Origin: a virus
UHGV virus genome: UHGV-0291501
Length of the DNA stretch: 64,000 nt
Reading direction: 5' to 3' (one strand)
In this document: one piece after another, positions 18,509-28,022 of the stretch
How positions within the stretch are numbered: position 1 is the first letter of the stretch
How the letters are laid out: each line of letters starts with the position of its first letter
The notes under the pieces: generated by a model
What the model was told of the DNA's origin: nothing
The model's input: only the letters and a program-made list of their open reading frames with translations
Databases searched by the model: none
Program-made: the position numbers and the translations under genes

Positions 18509-20743
18509 CTAAACACCACAACCCTCGCAATAAGCATCTTGCAGTGCAGATTTACCTACACCAATGCGACTGTTAAGGTAGTACATAGTTTTCATACCTA
18601 CTGAGTTAGCATAAATCATGTACTTCAAAGCTTGAGCCAATGATACCTTCTTAGCTTTTGCGTAGTCAACATAGAAATCTGAAGAGATAGCTTGACCAGT
18701 GAACTTTTGAACAATTGCATAACAATCAATCAGGTCAAAGGTGTCAATATCCCAAGCAATTTCATAGACATACTTCAACTCTTCGTAATCTGGAACAATA
18801 AACAGTACGTTACCAGTTGCAGACTTTTTAGTTAAAATAAAGTCACGAATTGGGTACAAGCCGTTTGTCGTATTAGTTGCCAGTGAAGAACTCTCATTAG
18901 GCATGTAAGCCTCTAATACAGAGTTACGGATTCCACCATTTTCTTTAATACGTTGTGCTAAGTCATCCCAATCATAACGAAGTTTTGCATCATGCTTCTC
19001 ATCAATCTTCTTGTTAGCTGTCTTTGGAGGAACCCAGCCTTCAGGATACTTAGTGAACTGCATATACTCAGGTACACCACGTTCTTTAGCAAGTCTTAAA
19101 GAAGCTTCGTGTAAGTAGTAAGAGTGCATTTCAGCAAGCTCATGAAGCTTCGTCTTACCTGCTCTTGAAGAGTAGTTCACGTAGTTTTTTGCAAGGTAAT
19201 GAGCCACATTTGTAAGGCCAATACCAACAGAACGACGCTTCTGAACATGGTTACGCATCGACGGATACGGATAATCCATAAGGTCAATAACGGAGTCAAC
19301 CATTGCAAGAGCATAATAAGCAACGTCAGCGTATTCATCTTCTGAAATTCTCCCTGCAACCAAACTAGCTAGGAAGCAAAGAGCTACCTCACCATCCTCT
19401 TTCACAGCATCATCTCTGTAAAGGTCTGTCTCTTTCTCAAAGCCGTACACTGGCAACACAATTTCCATACAAAGATTTGACATCTTCAAAGGTTCTTTAA
19501 ATGGCGTATGTGTGTTTGCATTATTCGTGAAGAATGGGTACACACGGCCTGTTGCATAACGCTGCTGGATAAACAGTTTAGCAATTTCACGAGCCTTTAC
19601 TCGTCTGTGCTTAACACCTGAATGGACTGCGTGACCAACTGCCATAGCAAACTCATCAGCAGATGCTGTGTAGAACATGTCATAGAGTTTTGGTGCATCC
19701 TTGTAAGAGAATAGCAACCAGTCTGTATCATATTGAACACACTGCCAGAAATAATCATTTGTACCAAATGAGTAGTCCATCTCGTTAATACGTTTCGAAG
19801 GAACCGTTGTAGGGTGCTTCAAACGCAGTAAATCTTCAATCTGCGGGTCTAGAGCAGTATAGAAGTTGTTAGCTGAACCACCACGACTCTTCTGTTTGTT
19901 TGCCTCTACAGATGAACGTACAAGCTTGTAATAAGGTAGCTTACCCATGTGTTCAATAGTATTTTGACGGATACCATCACCAATAGTGCGAGTCTCCATC
20001 AGCATCCCGATACCAGCTTGCTTTGTAGTCATGTCATAAGCAACCTTTGCAGCAATACCTAGAGATTCAGCAGTATCGTTCGCCTTAATCAAACAACATG
20101 ACGCATAACCTGATTTAGTAGCTCTTAAACCATTCAGATAAGGCGTAGGGGCATTAATCTTCAGGTCAGATAGGTAAGTGTACAGCTTGATAACATCTTG
20201 CAGTCTACGGTGCTTTGGTTGCTTCTCAAAGGCTTTCATAGCCATACCCATAAACATAAATTGCGGTGACTCAAAAAGTCTTCCAGTTTTAATATCACGG
20301 ATACCATACTTGTCTCTGAACTGTTTCAAGACTGCATAACCGTAAGAGATATCTTTTGAGTGCACGATGTAACCTTGCAGGTATTCAAGCTCTTCCTGTG
20401 AATAATCCATCTTCTCCCAAAGTCCTGCTCTCTCCATATTTTTAACGAAGGTAATCAGCGTAGGAACCTTAGTAAAGCCTCCAAAGGCTTCTTTGTAGAT
20501 AATACCCAAAAGCAGTCGTCCAGCCATATCTGAGTACTCTTGAGTTTGTTTATCAACACAAACATCAATCATGGCTTGGTGCATCTCTTTTGTAGTGCAA
20601 CCCTCATAGACACGTTTCATAGCTTCCATAGTGACCTCTGACCAGATAATTCCACGTTTATCTGCCCATGATGCCCACTTATTCAGTCTTTCTGGGTCAA
20701 AGCTTACTACTGTACCGTTTGATTTTTTAATTGTCTTAATCAT
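18509..20743 (-). CDS. nrdA: Ribonucleotide reductase large subunit (class I alpha)
   Basis: 744 aa; N-terminal ATP-cone-like region; C-terminal CxxC tail (YCEGCGV). Confidence 0.85.
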   Translation of the reverse strand: MIKTIKKSNGTVVSFDPERLNKWASWADKRGIIWSEVTMEAMKRVYEGCTTKEMHQAMIDVCVDKQTQEYSDMAGRLLLGIIYKEAFGGFTKVPTLITFVKNMERAGLWEKMDYSQEELEYLQGYIVHSKDISYGYAVLKQFRDKYGIRDIKTGRLFESPQFMFMGMAMKAFEKQPKHRRLQDVIKLYTYLSDLKINAPTPYLNGLRATKSGYASCCLIKANDTAESLGIAAKVAYDMTTKQAGIGMLMETRTIGDGIRQNTIEHMGKLPYYKLVRSSVEANKQKSRGGSANNFYTALDPQIEDLLRLKHPTTVPSKRINEMDYSFGTNDYFWQCVQYDTDWLLFSYKDAPKLYDMFYTASADEFAMAVGHAVHSGVKHRRVKAREIAKLFIQQRYATGRVYPFFTNNANTHTPFKEPLKMSNLCMEIVLPVYGFEKETDLYRDDAVKEDGEVALCFLASLVAGRISEDEYADVAYYALAMVDSVIDLMDYPYPSMRNHVQKRRSVGIGLTNVAHYLAKNYVNYSSRAGKTKLHELAEMHSYYLHEASLRLAKERGVPEYMQFTKYPEGWVPPKTANKKIDEKHDAKLRYDWDDLAQRIKENGGIRNSVLEAYMPNESSSLATNTTNGLYPIRDFILTKKSATGNVLFIVPDYEELKYVYEIAWDIDTFDLIDCYAIVQKFTGQAISSDFYVDYAKAKKVSLAQALKYMIYANSVGMKTMYYLNSRIGVGKSALQDAYCEGCGV

Positions 20744-20757
20744 TTTTAAATCCTACA

Positions 20758-20783
20758 GATGAAAAGAGCCTCCGAAGAGGCTC
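20758..20783 (-). terminator. Rho-independent terminator
   Basis: Hairpin gagcctc-cgaa-gaggctc followed on minus strand by CUUUUC. Confidence 0.5.
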
Positions 20784-20789
20784 CCTAGT

Positions 20790-21125
20790 TTAAATCTTGA
20801 AAATTTGCTCATTCTGCCACATATCGTAAAACTTATCACTTACTTTTGTGACTGAAGAGGCGTGCATACAATTTAGGAACCATGACGGTGTACTAGCATC
20901 CATAATTGTTTCAAGTTTTTGTGTGACATTCACATCCATGTCTGCAACAACGTAATTGCCTCGCATCTTGCAAACAATTCTTCCAAACAAGATTGCACTT
21001 CTGCCTCTTCTGTCGTCACAGTACATAACTGTGTCTCCGTGCTTAACATCTTGTCCGATACTATCAACACCTAATTTAGCACCTGAGATAATGTCATCAT
21101 AAGATAGCTTTTTTGCTTTAGACAC
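20790..21125 (-). CDS. Hypothetical protein
   Basis: 111-aa ORF; no motif. Confidence 0.45.
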   Translation of the reverse strand: MSKAKKLSYDDIISGAKLGVDSIGQDVKHGDTVMYCDDRRGRSAILFGRIVCKMRGNYVVADMDVNVTQKLETIMDASTPSWFLNCMHASSVTKVSDKFYDMWQNEQIFKI

Positions 21126-21450
21126 GGTATTTCTCCAAGTTTCTTTTTAGATATAACCAACCATAGTCAGTTCTTTCTACACCCATGAAGAGTGGAGCCA
21201 TTACAACTTTACCAAAAGTATTCCTGTGTTGACAGATTTCAAAAGAATACTCTTTCTCAATATCAATCCCGTATTTGTACAGGACTGCTTTTAAAACTTG
21301 TTCATTATCCAGAAGTGTATCTGGAGTCTCACCATACTTCTCAAGTAACGGGTCATTCATAAACACCGTCATAGAGATATTGTAGTTTGAGAAGTGGCTC
21401 TTCTGAGCCACACCTTCTTTATTAATGTTCTGTGAATCCATTATAACCAA
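21118..21450 (-). CDS. Hypothetical protein
   Basis: 110-aa ORF; no motif. Confidence 0.45.
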   Translation of the reverse strand: MVIMDSQNINKEGVAQKSHFSNYNISMTVFMNDPLLEKYGETPDTLLDNEQVLKAVLYKYGIDIEKEYSFEICQHRNTFGKVVMAPLFMGVERTDYGWLYLKRNLEKYRV

Positions 21451-22177
21451 CCCCTTTTAACCAGCACTTCAGGTTATTAGCATCATAATTCAGTTTCGGG
21501 TATGAGGTTACATGGAACTGCTCACCATCATAGTAGACAATATCTGCAATCCATAGTCCATTCTCTTTACAGAAGTCTTTATCTGCTTTAGAGGTAATTG
21601 GATTAACTTCTACAAAACCATCTACACCCAAATCCTTTAAGCTACATACAATACCTTTGCAGATAACGCATGTGTCAGATACTACCACAAAAAGTTCTTG
21701 GCTTTCAAGTTCTACAATGTATTCACCAAGCTGAACTTTAGGGAGATTAGATTGCTTCATAACCTTCCCATCGGCTGCGCGAACAATTGCATACCACTCT
21801 TTACCATCAACTACTGACATTCTGATGATACACTCTTGACCAGTACGCTTCTCAATATCTGCAAGACGTTTTAAAGCTTCTTCATAGTCGTCTGTGTACT
21901 TCAGGTCATTATTATGGCAAACAGCTTTCATAGCACCGTTATGGTCATGTTGTGACAGGTAAATCAAACCGTCAAGAACATATTGCAAATCTGCCTGAGC
22001 ATCCAGTGTCTCAATGGGGTCTTTCTCTTCAATTGCTTTTACAAGCTCTTTTGCTTCTTCAAGCATACACAGAGATTGAGATTTCAAAGATTCCCAATAC
22101 TCATTACTGTAAGGTTGTTTTTGAGTGTTTCCACAACGAAGATTCCAGTTTTTTACTGATTCTCTTGAGTTAAACAT
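21422..22177 (-). CDS. Protein with N-terminal MazG-like nucleotide pyrophosphohydrolase domain
   Basis: LEEAKELVKAIEEKDPIETLDAQADLQYVLDGL resembles the MazG/HisE all-alpha signature; C-terminal half with CVIC unrecognised. Confidence 0.4.
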   Translation of the reverse strand: MFNSRESVKNWNLRCGNTQKQPYSNEYWESLKSQSLCMLEEAKELVKAIEEKDPIETLDAQADLQYVLDGLIYLSQHDHNGAMKAVCHNNDLKYTDDYEEALKRLADIEKRTGQECIIRMSVVDGKEWYAIVRAADGKVMKQSNLPKVQLGEYIVELESQELFVVVSDTCVICKGIVCSLKDLGVDGFVEVNPITSKADKDFCKENGLWIADIVYYDGEQFHVTSYPKLNYDANNLKCWLKGVGYNGFTEH

Positions 22178-22416
22178 TTTGGCTCCTTAAAATATCTGTT
22201 AACCTTTAGCTCTCGTGTTTCGATATATTCTAGATGCTCACGTAGCTCTTGACGTTTAAGCATTAGGTGTTGCATTTGAGATTCAACAGCTTCAACTTCT
22301 TTAATTATTGACTCTCTAGCATTTGCAAGAATGCGCTCAAGTTCTTCAATCTTGCTGTCAACTTTTGCTACATGACTCACAGCTTTGCTTTTGTTAAACA
22401 TTTTATTCTCTCTCAA
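22153..22416 (-). CDS. Hypothetical coiled-coil protein
   Basis: 87 aa, charged heptad-like sequence. Confidence 0.4.
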   Translation of the reverse strand: MRENKMFNKSKAVSHVAKVDSKIEELERILANARESIIKEVEAVESQMQHLMLKRQELREHLEYIETRELKVNRYFKEPKCLTQENQ

Positions 22417-22422
22417 TAGTTA

Positions 22423-22920
22423 TCAAGCATAATTTGCTTTCATTACCTTATGGATTCTTTTTTCAGCATCTTCATAAGTTTCTTTAGTAATAAACTTAAT
22501 TGCTGCAATATTGGCATTGTAGAAGAGCCTGAGCTTCGAGTCAATCCTTTTTGTCATTACATCGAATTTATGTTGAAGGTTTGCTTCACCATAGACTAGA
22601 CCACCTTTTGTGTAGTAGGTTTGAATAATGTAAAAATCAAAAGATTCTTTTCCAAAGCTTTCAATATCTTTTTTAATATACTCAGAAGAGGTTTCGTAAG
22701 TCATCCAATCACTCTCCTTAGTGACTACCTTCTTCCGAGTCTTCCCAGCAACTTTTCTTTTTGTCACACTGTTAAGCTGTTTCTTTCCGATATAATATTG
22801 TCCAGTCTTCTTACAGTGCACTAAATAGACAAAGCCAAAATGTTTAGTGGGGTCAACTTCCCCACATAAAGATACCCAATGACCGTAGGTAGGGCAATTG
22901 CCAAATCCTTTAATCTTCAT
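22423..22920 (-). CDS. GIY-YIG homing endonuclease (free-standing)
   Basis: Motif FVYLVHCKKTGQYYIGKK near N-terminus; adjacent to an HNH endonuclease gene. Confidence 0.6.
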   Translation of the reverse strand: MKIKGFGNCPTYGHWVSLCGEVDPTKHFGFVYLVHCKKTGQYYIGKKQLNSVTKRKVAGKTRKKVVTKESDWMTYETSSEYIKKDIESFGKESFDFYIIQTYYTKGGLVYGEANLQHKFDVMTKRIDSKLRLFYNANIAAIKFITKETYEDAEKRIHKVMKANYA

Positions 22921-23441
22921 TCATAAGCTTCTCCGTGATTTGAAAACTCTTTATGTAGTTCTTCTCTTTTCTTTTTGACAACTGATTCAGCCTCAGTGAT
23001 AGAGTCAAATAAACCTAGATGGTAGCATACTTTATTATGCTTGACTTGTGCAGCCCATCTACCTCTTTGCTTGTGGTAATATACACCCTTCACACCAGAC
23101 TTATTATCTTTTCTTTTGACTGTATTGCAGTTGTTGTCTGACCTGCTACACTCTCTCAAATTGTCGAACCAGTTGTCGTGCCTGATACCATTCTTGTGGT
23201 CAACAAATTTTGGGAGGTAGCCTTTCATATACAAGAATGCCAGTCTGTGTGCTGCATATCTTTTTCCGAAGAGTTTTATATAGATATAACCACTATGGTG
23301 TTTAAGACCTGCTACTGAGCCAGCTTTGGCCTTACCTCTTCTACCAACTAACCAAGTAAAGACCCCTGTTTCGGGGTCATAGTGCAGGTATTCTTTAAGA
23401 GTTTGTTGAGTTAACATTTGGTGTCCACCCATACTTATCAA
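22917..23441 (-). CDS. HNH homing endonuclease with AP2-type DNA-binding domain
   Basis: HNH core AHRLAFLYMKGYLPKFVDHKNGIRHDNWFDNLR; AP2-like SGVKGVYYHKQRGRWAAQV. Confidence 0.65.
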   Translation of the reverse strand: MISMGGHQMLTQQTLKEYLHYDPETGVFTWLVGRRGKAKAGSVAGLKHHSGYIYIKLFGKRYAAHRLAFLYMKGYLPKFVDHKNGIRHDNWFDNLRECSRSDNNCNTVKRKDNKSGVKGVYYHKQRGRWAAQVKHNKVCYHLGLFDSITEAESVVKKKREELHKEFSNHGEAYE

Positions 23442-24441
23442 AAGTGAAATCGTCTTTCTTGTTTCTTTCCTGATAAGCTAAGAAAAAGTGTTGCTGCATT
23501 AACTCTAAAGGTGTTCTGGTAATTGTTTGACCATCCCATGATACATAAGTGTATGACTCTTTCTTAGCATAAAGTTCATAGATAGCATCAAGACACTCTT
23601 TATAAGTATTTTTACCTTCAAGGGCTTTCATTACAGTAGCCTTACCAACACCCTTTAAACCAAAATAATTATCAGCATTGTCACCAGCCACAGCTTGATA
23701 ACAAAGGAATTTAAAACCTACACCAACTGTCTTCTTAGCTTTTGGTGTTGATTTTATTGGGCAATCCCAAATTTCACCTACGTTGTTGTCAGCAATGAAA
23801 ATCAAAGGCGACTTTTCATAGGTCATATCAATGCAGTAAGTCCCTTCAGCTTGGCGAAGGTCTTTATCAATACTCATCAAGGCAGCCTTTTTACCCATCT
23901 TTTCAGCTTTAGCAATAACGATAGAATCGGCTTCAAATCCATCAAGAATTAGTTTGAACTCTGGTCTTGACAGAAGATACTCACGACAAGCAACTAAGTG
24001 TGTTGGTGTGACAGCATCTTTACGGTTACCTTGATATTGGTGCTCAAGACCTTTAATGTCTTTATGTTTATGCACACCTTTCTCTGTTAAATAACCTACC
24101 CAAGTTCTCTCTTTACCAACAATCTTAAGCCATTCCTGAAGCACCTGTTGAGTAGCCATGATAGCTTCTTTTTCACTCTTAGCTTCTTTCCAAGTCTGTC
24201 TTTCCCATTCATCTTCATCAAATGTCAGCCCAAGCTCTTCCACAAGGATTCTCTGGTCTGCTAACCATCTTGCAGCATCTTTCGCATTATCAAATGGCTC
24301 AGATTCTTCTGCTGTGAGTTTATTGATGTATTTATATTTTGCTTTCTCAACTACACAAGCACCTTTATAGGCAATACTGTCAGAGTCAATAAAAACATGT
24401 GTAACTGAATCGGGAAGTTTTGTTAATGTGTACTCCTCCAT
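23395..24441 (-). CDS. 5-prime-3-prime exonuclease / flap endonuclease (RNase H-like)
   Basis: PIN-like N-terminus (FIDSDSIAYKG) and helix-hairpin-helix motif GDNADNYFGLKGVGKATVMKAL. Confidence 0.7.
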   Translation of the reverse strand: MEEYTLTKLPDSVTHVFIDSDSIAYKGACVVEKAKYKYINKLTAEESEPFDNAKDAARWLADQRILVEELGLTFDEDEWERQTWKEAKSEKEAIMATQQVLQEWLKIVGKERTWVGYLTEKGVHKHKDIKGLEHQYQGNRKDAVTPTHLVACREYLLSRPEFKLILDGFEADSIVIAKAEKMGKKAALMSIDKDLRQAEGTYCIDMTYEKSPLIFIADNNVGEIWDCPIKSTPKAKKTVGVGFKFLCYQAVAGDNADNYFGLKGVGKATVMKALEGKNTYKECLDAIYELYAKKESYTYVSWDGQTITRTPLELMQQHFFLAYQERNKKDDFTFDKYGWTPNVNSTNS

Positions 24442-24503
24442 TATGGCTCTCCATATGAAAAAGCCCCATACTAAGTACAGGGCTTTAAAGTAACTTTTAG
24501 AGA

Positions 24504-25361
24504 TTAGTCTTCTGTATCGAAGTCTTCATCTTCTTCGTCATCTGGGTCTGGCAAGTCTTCATCGTCACCATCATCAGAATCATTCGAAGATTTATGGTCT
24601 GTTGCGTCTTCTTCAGTGATTTCACCGTTATCTTCGACACCATCAAGACCAAGCATAGCCAGTTCATCTTCATCCAGTTCAGGTTCACCGTTAGCACCGT
24701 TACCACCAGTGTAAGGTACAAGAGTATCAATGATAAACTGTTCCTGAATAGGTTTAGTCAGAACATTGTTCTCAAAAGTGTAGAAGTGAGTAGAAAGAAT
24801 CACACTACCAAAAGAACCGTTACCAACTGCAATATCTGGATGAATTACATCATAGTTCTTGTCATCTTCGTGTTTATCAGATGCTTGAGCTTTAATTTTC
24901 TTCATCGGCTGTTTAACAGCTACACGCTTACCATTTACTTCTTCAATAAGCATAACAGGGAATGACTGTTTAGCTGTCCATACAGCACCATCTTTATAAG
25001 CTGCTGCACGACTTACTTTCAAGATGTAGTAAGTGTCTGCTTCAAAAGGTGGTTTACAACCAAACTTCTCTTCGAAGTCGTCTGCATCAACTGCTTCAGT
25101 AGTAACTTTATCCCATCCTTCTGGATTTTTCTTAGACTTAGTAAACTCTTTAAACAGTTTGTTACCGTCTTCTGCCAGAATTGATACGCTGTAGTTACAA
25201 TCTTTTCCTGGGAATTTCTTATCAATAGACTTACCTTTTCCCGGACGTGGTGAAGTATTCAGGTAATAAAACCAGACATCTTTCAGCAGGTAACGCAGAG
25301 TTTGACGTTCAGTACCGTTGTACTTCTCTACCGGAGCTTTCATTTTAACAACTTTAGACAT
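24504..25361 (-). CDS. Single-stranded DNA-binding protein-like (gp2.5-type) with acidic C-terminal tail
   Basis: 285 aa ending in a strongly acidic tail (DDGDDEDLPDPDDEEDEDFDTED); promoter and RBS upstream. Confidence 0.45.
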   Translation of the reverse strand: MSKVVKMKAPVEKYNGTERQTLRYLLKDVWFYYLNTSPRPGKGKSIDKKFPGKDCNYSVSILAEDGNKLFKEFTKSKKNPEGWDKVTTEAVDADDFEEKFGCKPPFEADTYYILKVSRAAAYKDGAVWTAKQSFPVMLIEEVNGKRVAVKQPMKKIKAQASDKHEDDKNYDVIHPDIAVGNGSFGSVILSTHFYTFENNVLTKPIQEQFIIDTLVPYTGGNGANGEPELDEDELAMLGLDGVEDNGEITEEDATDHKSSNDSDDGDDEDLPDPDDEEDEDFDTED

Positions 25362-25397
25362 TATTTAAACCTCTATCTCAATTTATGAAGAGTACCA

Positions 25398-25426
25398 ATT
25401 CTAATTTGTTGATACTCTATTGTCAA
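25398..25426 (-). promoter_or_regulatory. Sigma70-type promoter (TTGACA-N17-TAGAAT) on minus strand upstream of the SSB-like gene
   Basis: Read on minus strand: ttgaca atagagtatcaacaaat tagaat. Confidence 0.4.
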
Positions 25427-25433
25427 ACATTAA

Positions 25434-25583
25434 TTACTGGAAGTTGTGCTTATCTTTAGAAGCTGCTTTACGTGCAGTTTTTCCAGTTCTTACACGTTTT
25501 TCTTCATAGTATTTTGCTGGTTTTCCAGCAGTGGCTTTTAAAGAGTCCCCAAAAACTTTTTCAAATGCTTTAGAGTGTTTCAT
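25434..25583 (-). CDS. Unannotated small basic protein (49 aa)
   Basis: Below track cutoff; ATG overlaps stop of upstream ORF (ATGA); translation MKHSKAFEKVFGDSLKATAGKPAKYYEEKRVRTGKTARKAASKDKHNFQ. Confidence 0.3.
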   Translation of the reverse strand: MKHSKAFEKVFGDSLKATAGKPAKYYEEKRVRTGKTARKAASKDKHNFQ

Positions 25584-25873
25584 GATATTCTCCGATATAC
25601 TTGATATTCAAACACATTTTCTTTCATTATAAACAGCCAACCAATATTATGCTGAGGCAGTGTAATGATGACTGTAATCATACTTTGATGGAACTGTTGT
25701 TCTATTTCAACTTCTCCATCGCATTTCATGTGGAGCATTCTATAGAACCTATCAATCTTTGTCAAACACTCTTCATGAAATTTATTTAAACTTTTTTCTT
25801 CAAAGAAGGGTGTGAACCCCTCTCTTTTATAGCTATCACTCAGTTTCGAACGGGCAGTCATCTGCATCCTCAC
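25580..25873 (-). CDS. Hypothetical protein
   Basis: 97-aa ORF overlapping the helicase stop; no motif. Confidence 0.4.
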   Translation of the reverse strand: MRMQMTARSKLSDSYKREGFTPFFEEKSLNKFHEECLTKIDRFYRMLHMKCDGEVEIEQQFHQSMITVIITLPQHNIGWLFIMKENVFEYQVYRRIS

Positions 25874-27827
25874 TTAATACAGGTGGAATCGTTGAGCTTT
25901 GACGCTGCTCTTCAGTATAGACTTCACCAGTCTCACGGTCAAACACTTCATCCTCATAATGTGGCAAAGAGTCATCGTAATGGTCTTCAGCTTCACCAAT
26001 ACCAAACTGTTGGCGAATATTTTCTGCTGCACCATCAATGTCAACTCCACAACCAGAGGCTTTAATGAGACGTCCTGTATCTGGATTGTACCAAGTATGA
26101 CCAGCAATACCTGTTGACTTACCGTGACGACGGCATTTAGTTAACTTGATTTTTGTCAAGTTTTTCTTAACAGGGTCTGGGTCAACCTTGTTACGCATTA
26201 ACAGAATGTTGTTCATAGAAATCTGGAAATACGCACCAGAACCTTTGATATCCTCTTCAGAGATATCTCCACCTTCGGAGTTAGCCTTCTGACCACCTGC
26301 ACTCTTACGAACGTGACAGACGTTCACCTGTGCATACTGGTAGCGTTTGCAACGACGCAATAGCTCAGATAAAACTTCCTCTTCATCCGTATCTGAACGT
26401 GACAGAGCCAACGTAATAGGGTCAAGAATAATAATCTTACAGTCTAAGCTGTTAACAAGATAGTCAACAAACTCCAGCAAGTTATCTTGGTCAATTGCCC
26501 CTTGATGGTCAACGATATGGATACGACGGCCTTTAGATAGTTCTGCGTGTGCTCCTTTTAATTCATCCCAATCCCGTTCATCATAAGGAATCTCAGAAAT
26601 CTGCTTGCTCAGGTGGATTGCACAGAGCATCTCCATCAACTCTTCATAGGTATCTTCTACAGGAATTACACCGATATTATAATCAGTTTCTTTCCAAGCT
26701 GAGTAAATCATCTCACGAGTGTAAGCTGACTTACCTACTGAAGATGGTGCTGCAATAGTTGTAATCTCACCTAAACCGTAACCACCATAAGTCAGCCTGT
26801 TCAAATCTCCGAAAGATTCTGGGAAAGGAATCAATGGAATCTGACCACGATTCTTCATTGCCTCAAAACCATCTGCAAAGTTCTTGATACCAGCAGGACA
26901 GTAACGAGGTGCATTGTAGATACGCTGCTTAAATCCTTCCAGAACTGTATCTTTCTCTTTATAGAACTTTGTCCACCACTCGTTAAGGTCTTTTACGCCT
27001 TCTGGATACTGGAATAAACGAACCTTCTCAATAGGTAGGATACCAGCGGCCTCTTTGGTAGCTTTAGCACCTGCTTCATCGTTATCAAAGCACAAGTAAA
27101 TTTCATCAAATGATGTGATGTACTGATAGTTATCTTTGATAGACTTGATGTTTGCACCTGACGGAACAGATACATGACAGTAATTCTTACGACGAGACTT
27201 GTCTTTAATCGCAAGAGAGGTCATATAGATTGCTGTCGCACATTCCATCTCACCTTCCCAGATGAATAGACGGTTACCACCTTCTGGAGCAATCCATGAA
27301 CCGAACATTGCCAGTTCACCTTTAATGTCTCCAACACCACCTGAAAAGTCTTTTAGCTTACCACGTAGGTGCTCTTTTGGATGGTCTTCTGGGTAACGGT
27401 GACGAACACGGTAGCCAACATGTTCTAGCTTACCATCTTCATTACGTTTGTAAGTTGGATAGAAGTGCGCATCAATTTCACCGTCACTGTCAATGTCAAC
27501 CTTGATACCTAAGCGTTCAAGGACTTTTGCAGGAATCTTCCTATCTTTCAAGTCCATTGCTTCAAGGTTTTCTTTCACATCGTCTAAATCCATTCCACGG
27601 AAAGTACGGTTTTTATTGTCTGAACCAGTAGAATAAGTGCTCACGATTTGTCCTTTATCAAAATCCCACTCTGGGAAACCTTTGTTACAACTAAAGCAAG
27701 TCATTGAATAAGAACCATCGTCATGATGATAGATTGAACCAGCATCTGATGAACCACAACGTGGACATGCGCAATGACCAACAAACTGACCAGCCTCTTT
27801 CAATTTACGACCTTTAGACATTAGCAC
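25836..27827 (-). CDS. Bifunctional DNA primase-helicase (T7 gp4-like)
   Basis: N-terminal zinc finger CACPRCG ... CFSCNK; C-terminal DnaB-type Walker A (AAPSSVGKSAY). Confidence 0.85.
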   Translation of the reverse strand: MLMSKGRKLKEAGQFVGHCACPRCGSSDAGSIYHHDDGSYSMTCFSCNKGFPEWDFDKGQIVSTYSTGSDNKNRTFRGMDLDDVKENLEAMDLKDRKIPAKVLERLGIKVDIDSDGEIDAHFYPTYKRNEDGKLEHVGYRVRHRYPEDHPKEHLRGKLKDFSGGVGDIKGELAMFGSWIAPEGGNRLFIWEGEMECATAIYMTSLAIKDKSRRKNYCHVSVPSGANIKSIKDNYQYITSFDEIYLCFDNDEAGAKATKEAAGILPIEKVRLFQYPEGVKDLNEWWTKFYKEKDTVLEGFKQRIYNAPRYCPAGIKNFADGFEAMKNRGQIPLIPFPESFGDLNRLTYGGYGLGEITTIAAPSSVGKSAYTREMIYSAWKETDYNIGVIPVEDTYEELMEMLCAIHLSKQISEIPYDERDWDELKGAHAELSKGRRIHIVDHQGAIDQDNLLEFVDYLVNSLDCKIIILDPITLALSRSDTDEEEVLSELLRRCKRYQYAQVNVCHVRKSAGGQKANSEGGDISEEDIKGSGAYFQISMNNILLMRNKVDPDPVKKNLTKIKLTKCRRHGKSTGIAGHTWYNPDTGRLIKASGCGVDIDGAAENIRQQFGIGEAEDHYDDSLPHYEDEVFDRETGEVYTEEQRQSSTIPPVLSEDADDCPFETE

Positions 27828-28014
27828 CTCTTCGTTGTAGTTCTGCCTTCAATCCATTTTCAATCTTGTCCAGTTCATGAATTTCATCTGCAATCTCTTT
27901 CCTTCGTGATTCAACTCTCTTAAGACGTTCAATCATTACCTCATTGGAAAGAGATGAGAGTTCCACTAAACGGTGGTCAATAACTTTAAAATTGTCTTTT
28001 ACTCTCATCTTCAT
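27814..28014 (-). CDS. Hypothetical coiled-coil protein
   Basis: 66-aa charged helical ORF. Confidence 0.4.
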   Translation of the reverse strand: MKMRVKDNFKVIDHRLVELSSLSNEVMIERLKRVESRRKEIADEIHELDKIENGLKAELQRRGANV

Positions 28015-28022
28015 TCTCTCTT

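Noticed and set aside
14492-20743. Inteins or group I introns interrupting the ribonucleotide reductase or polymerase genes
   Set aside because: The nrdA, nrdD, polymerase and helicase reading frames are continuous and of normal length; the homing endonuclease genes are free-standing rather than embedded.
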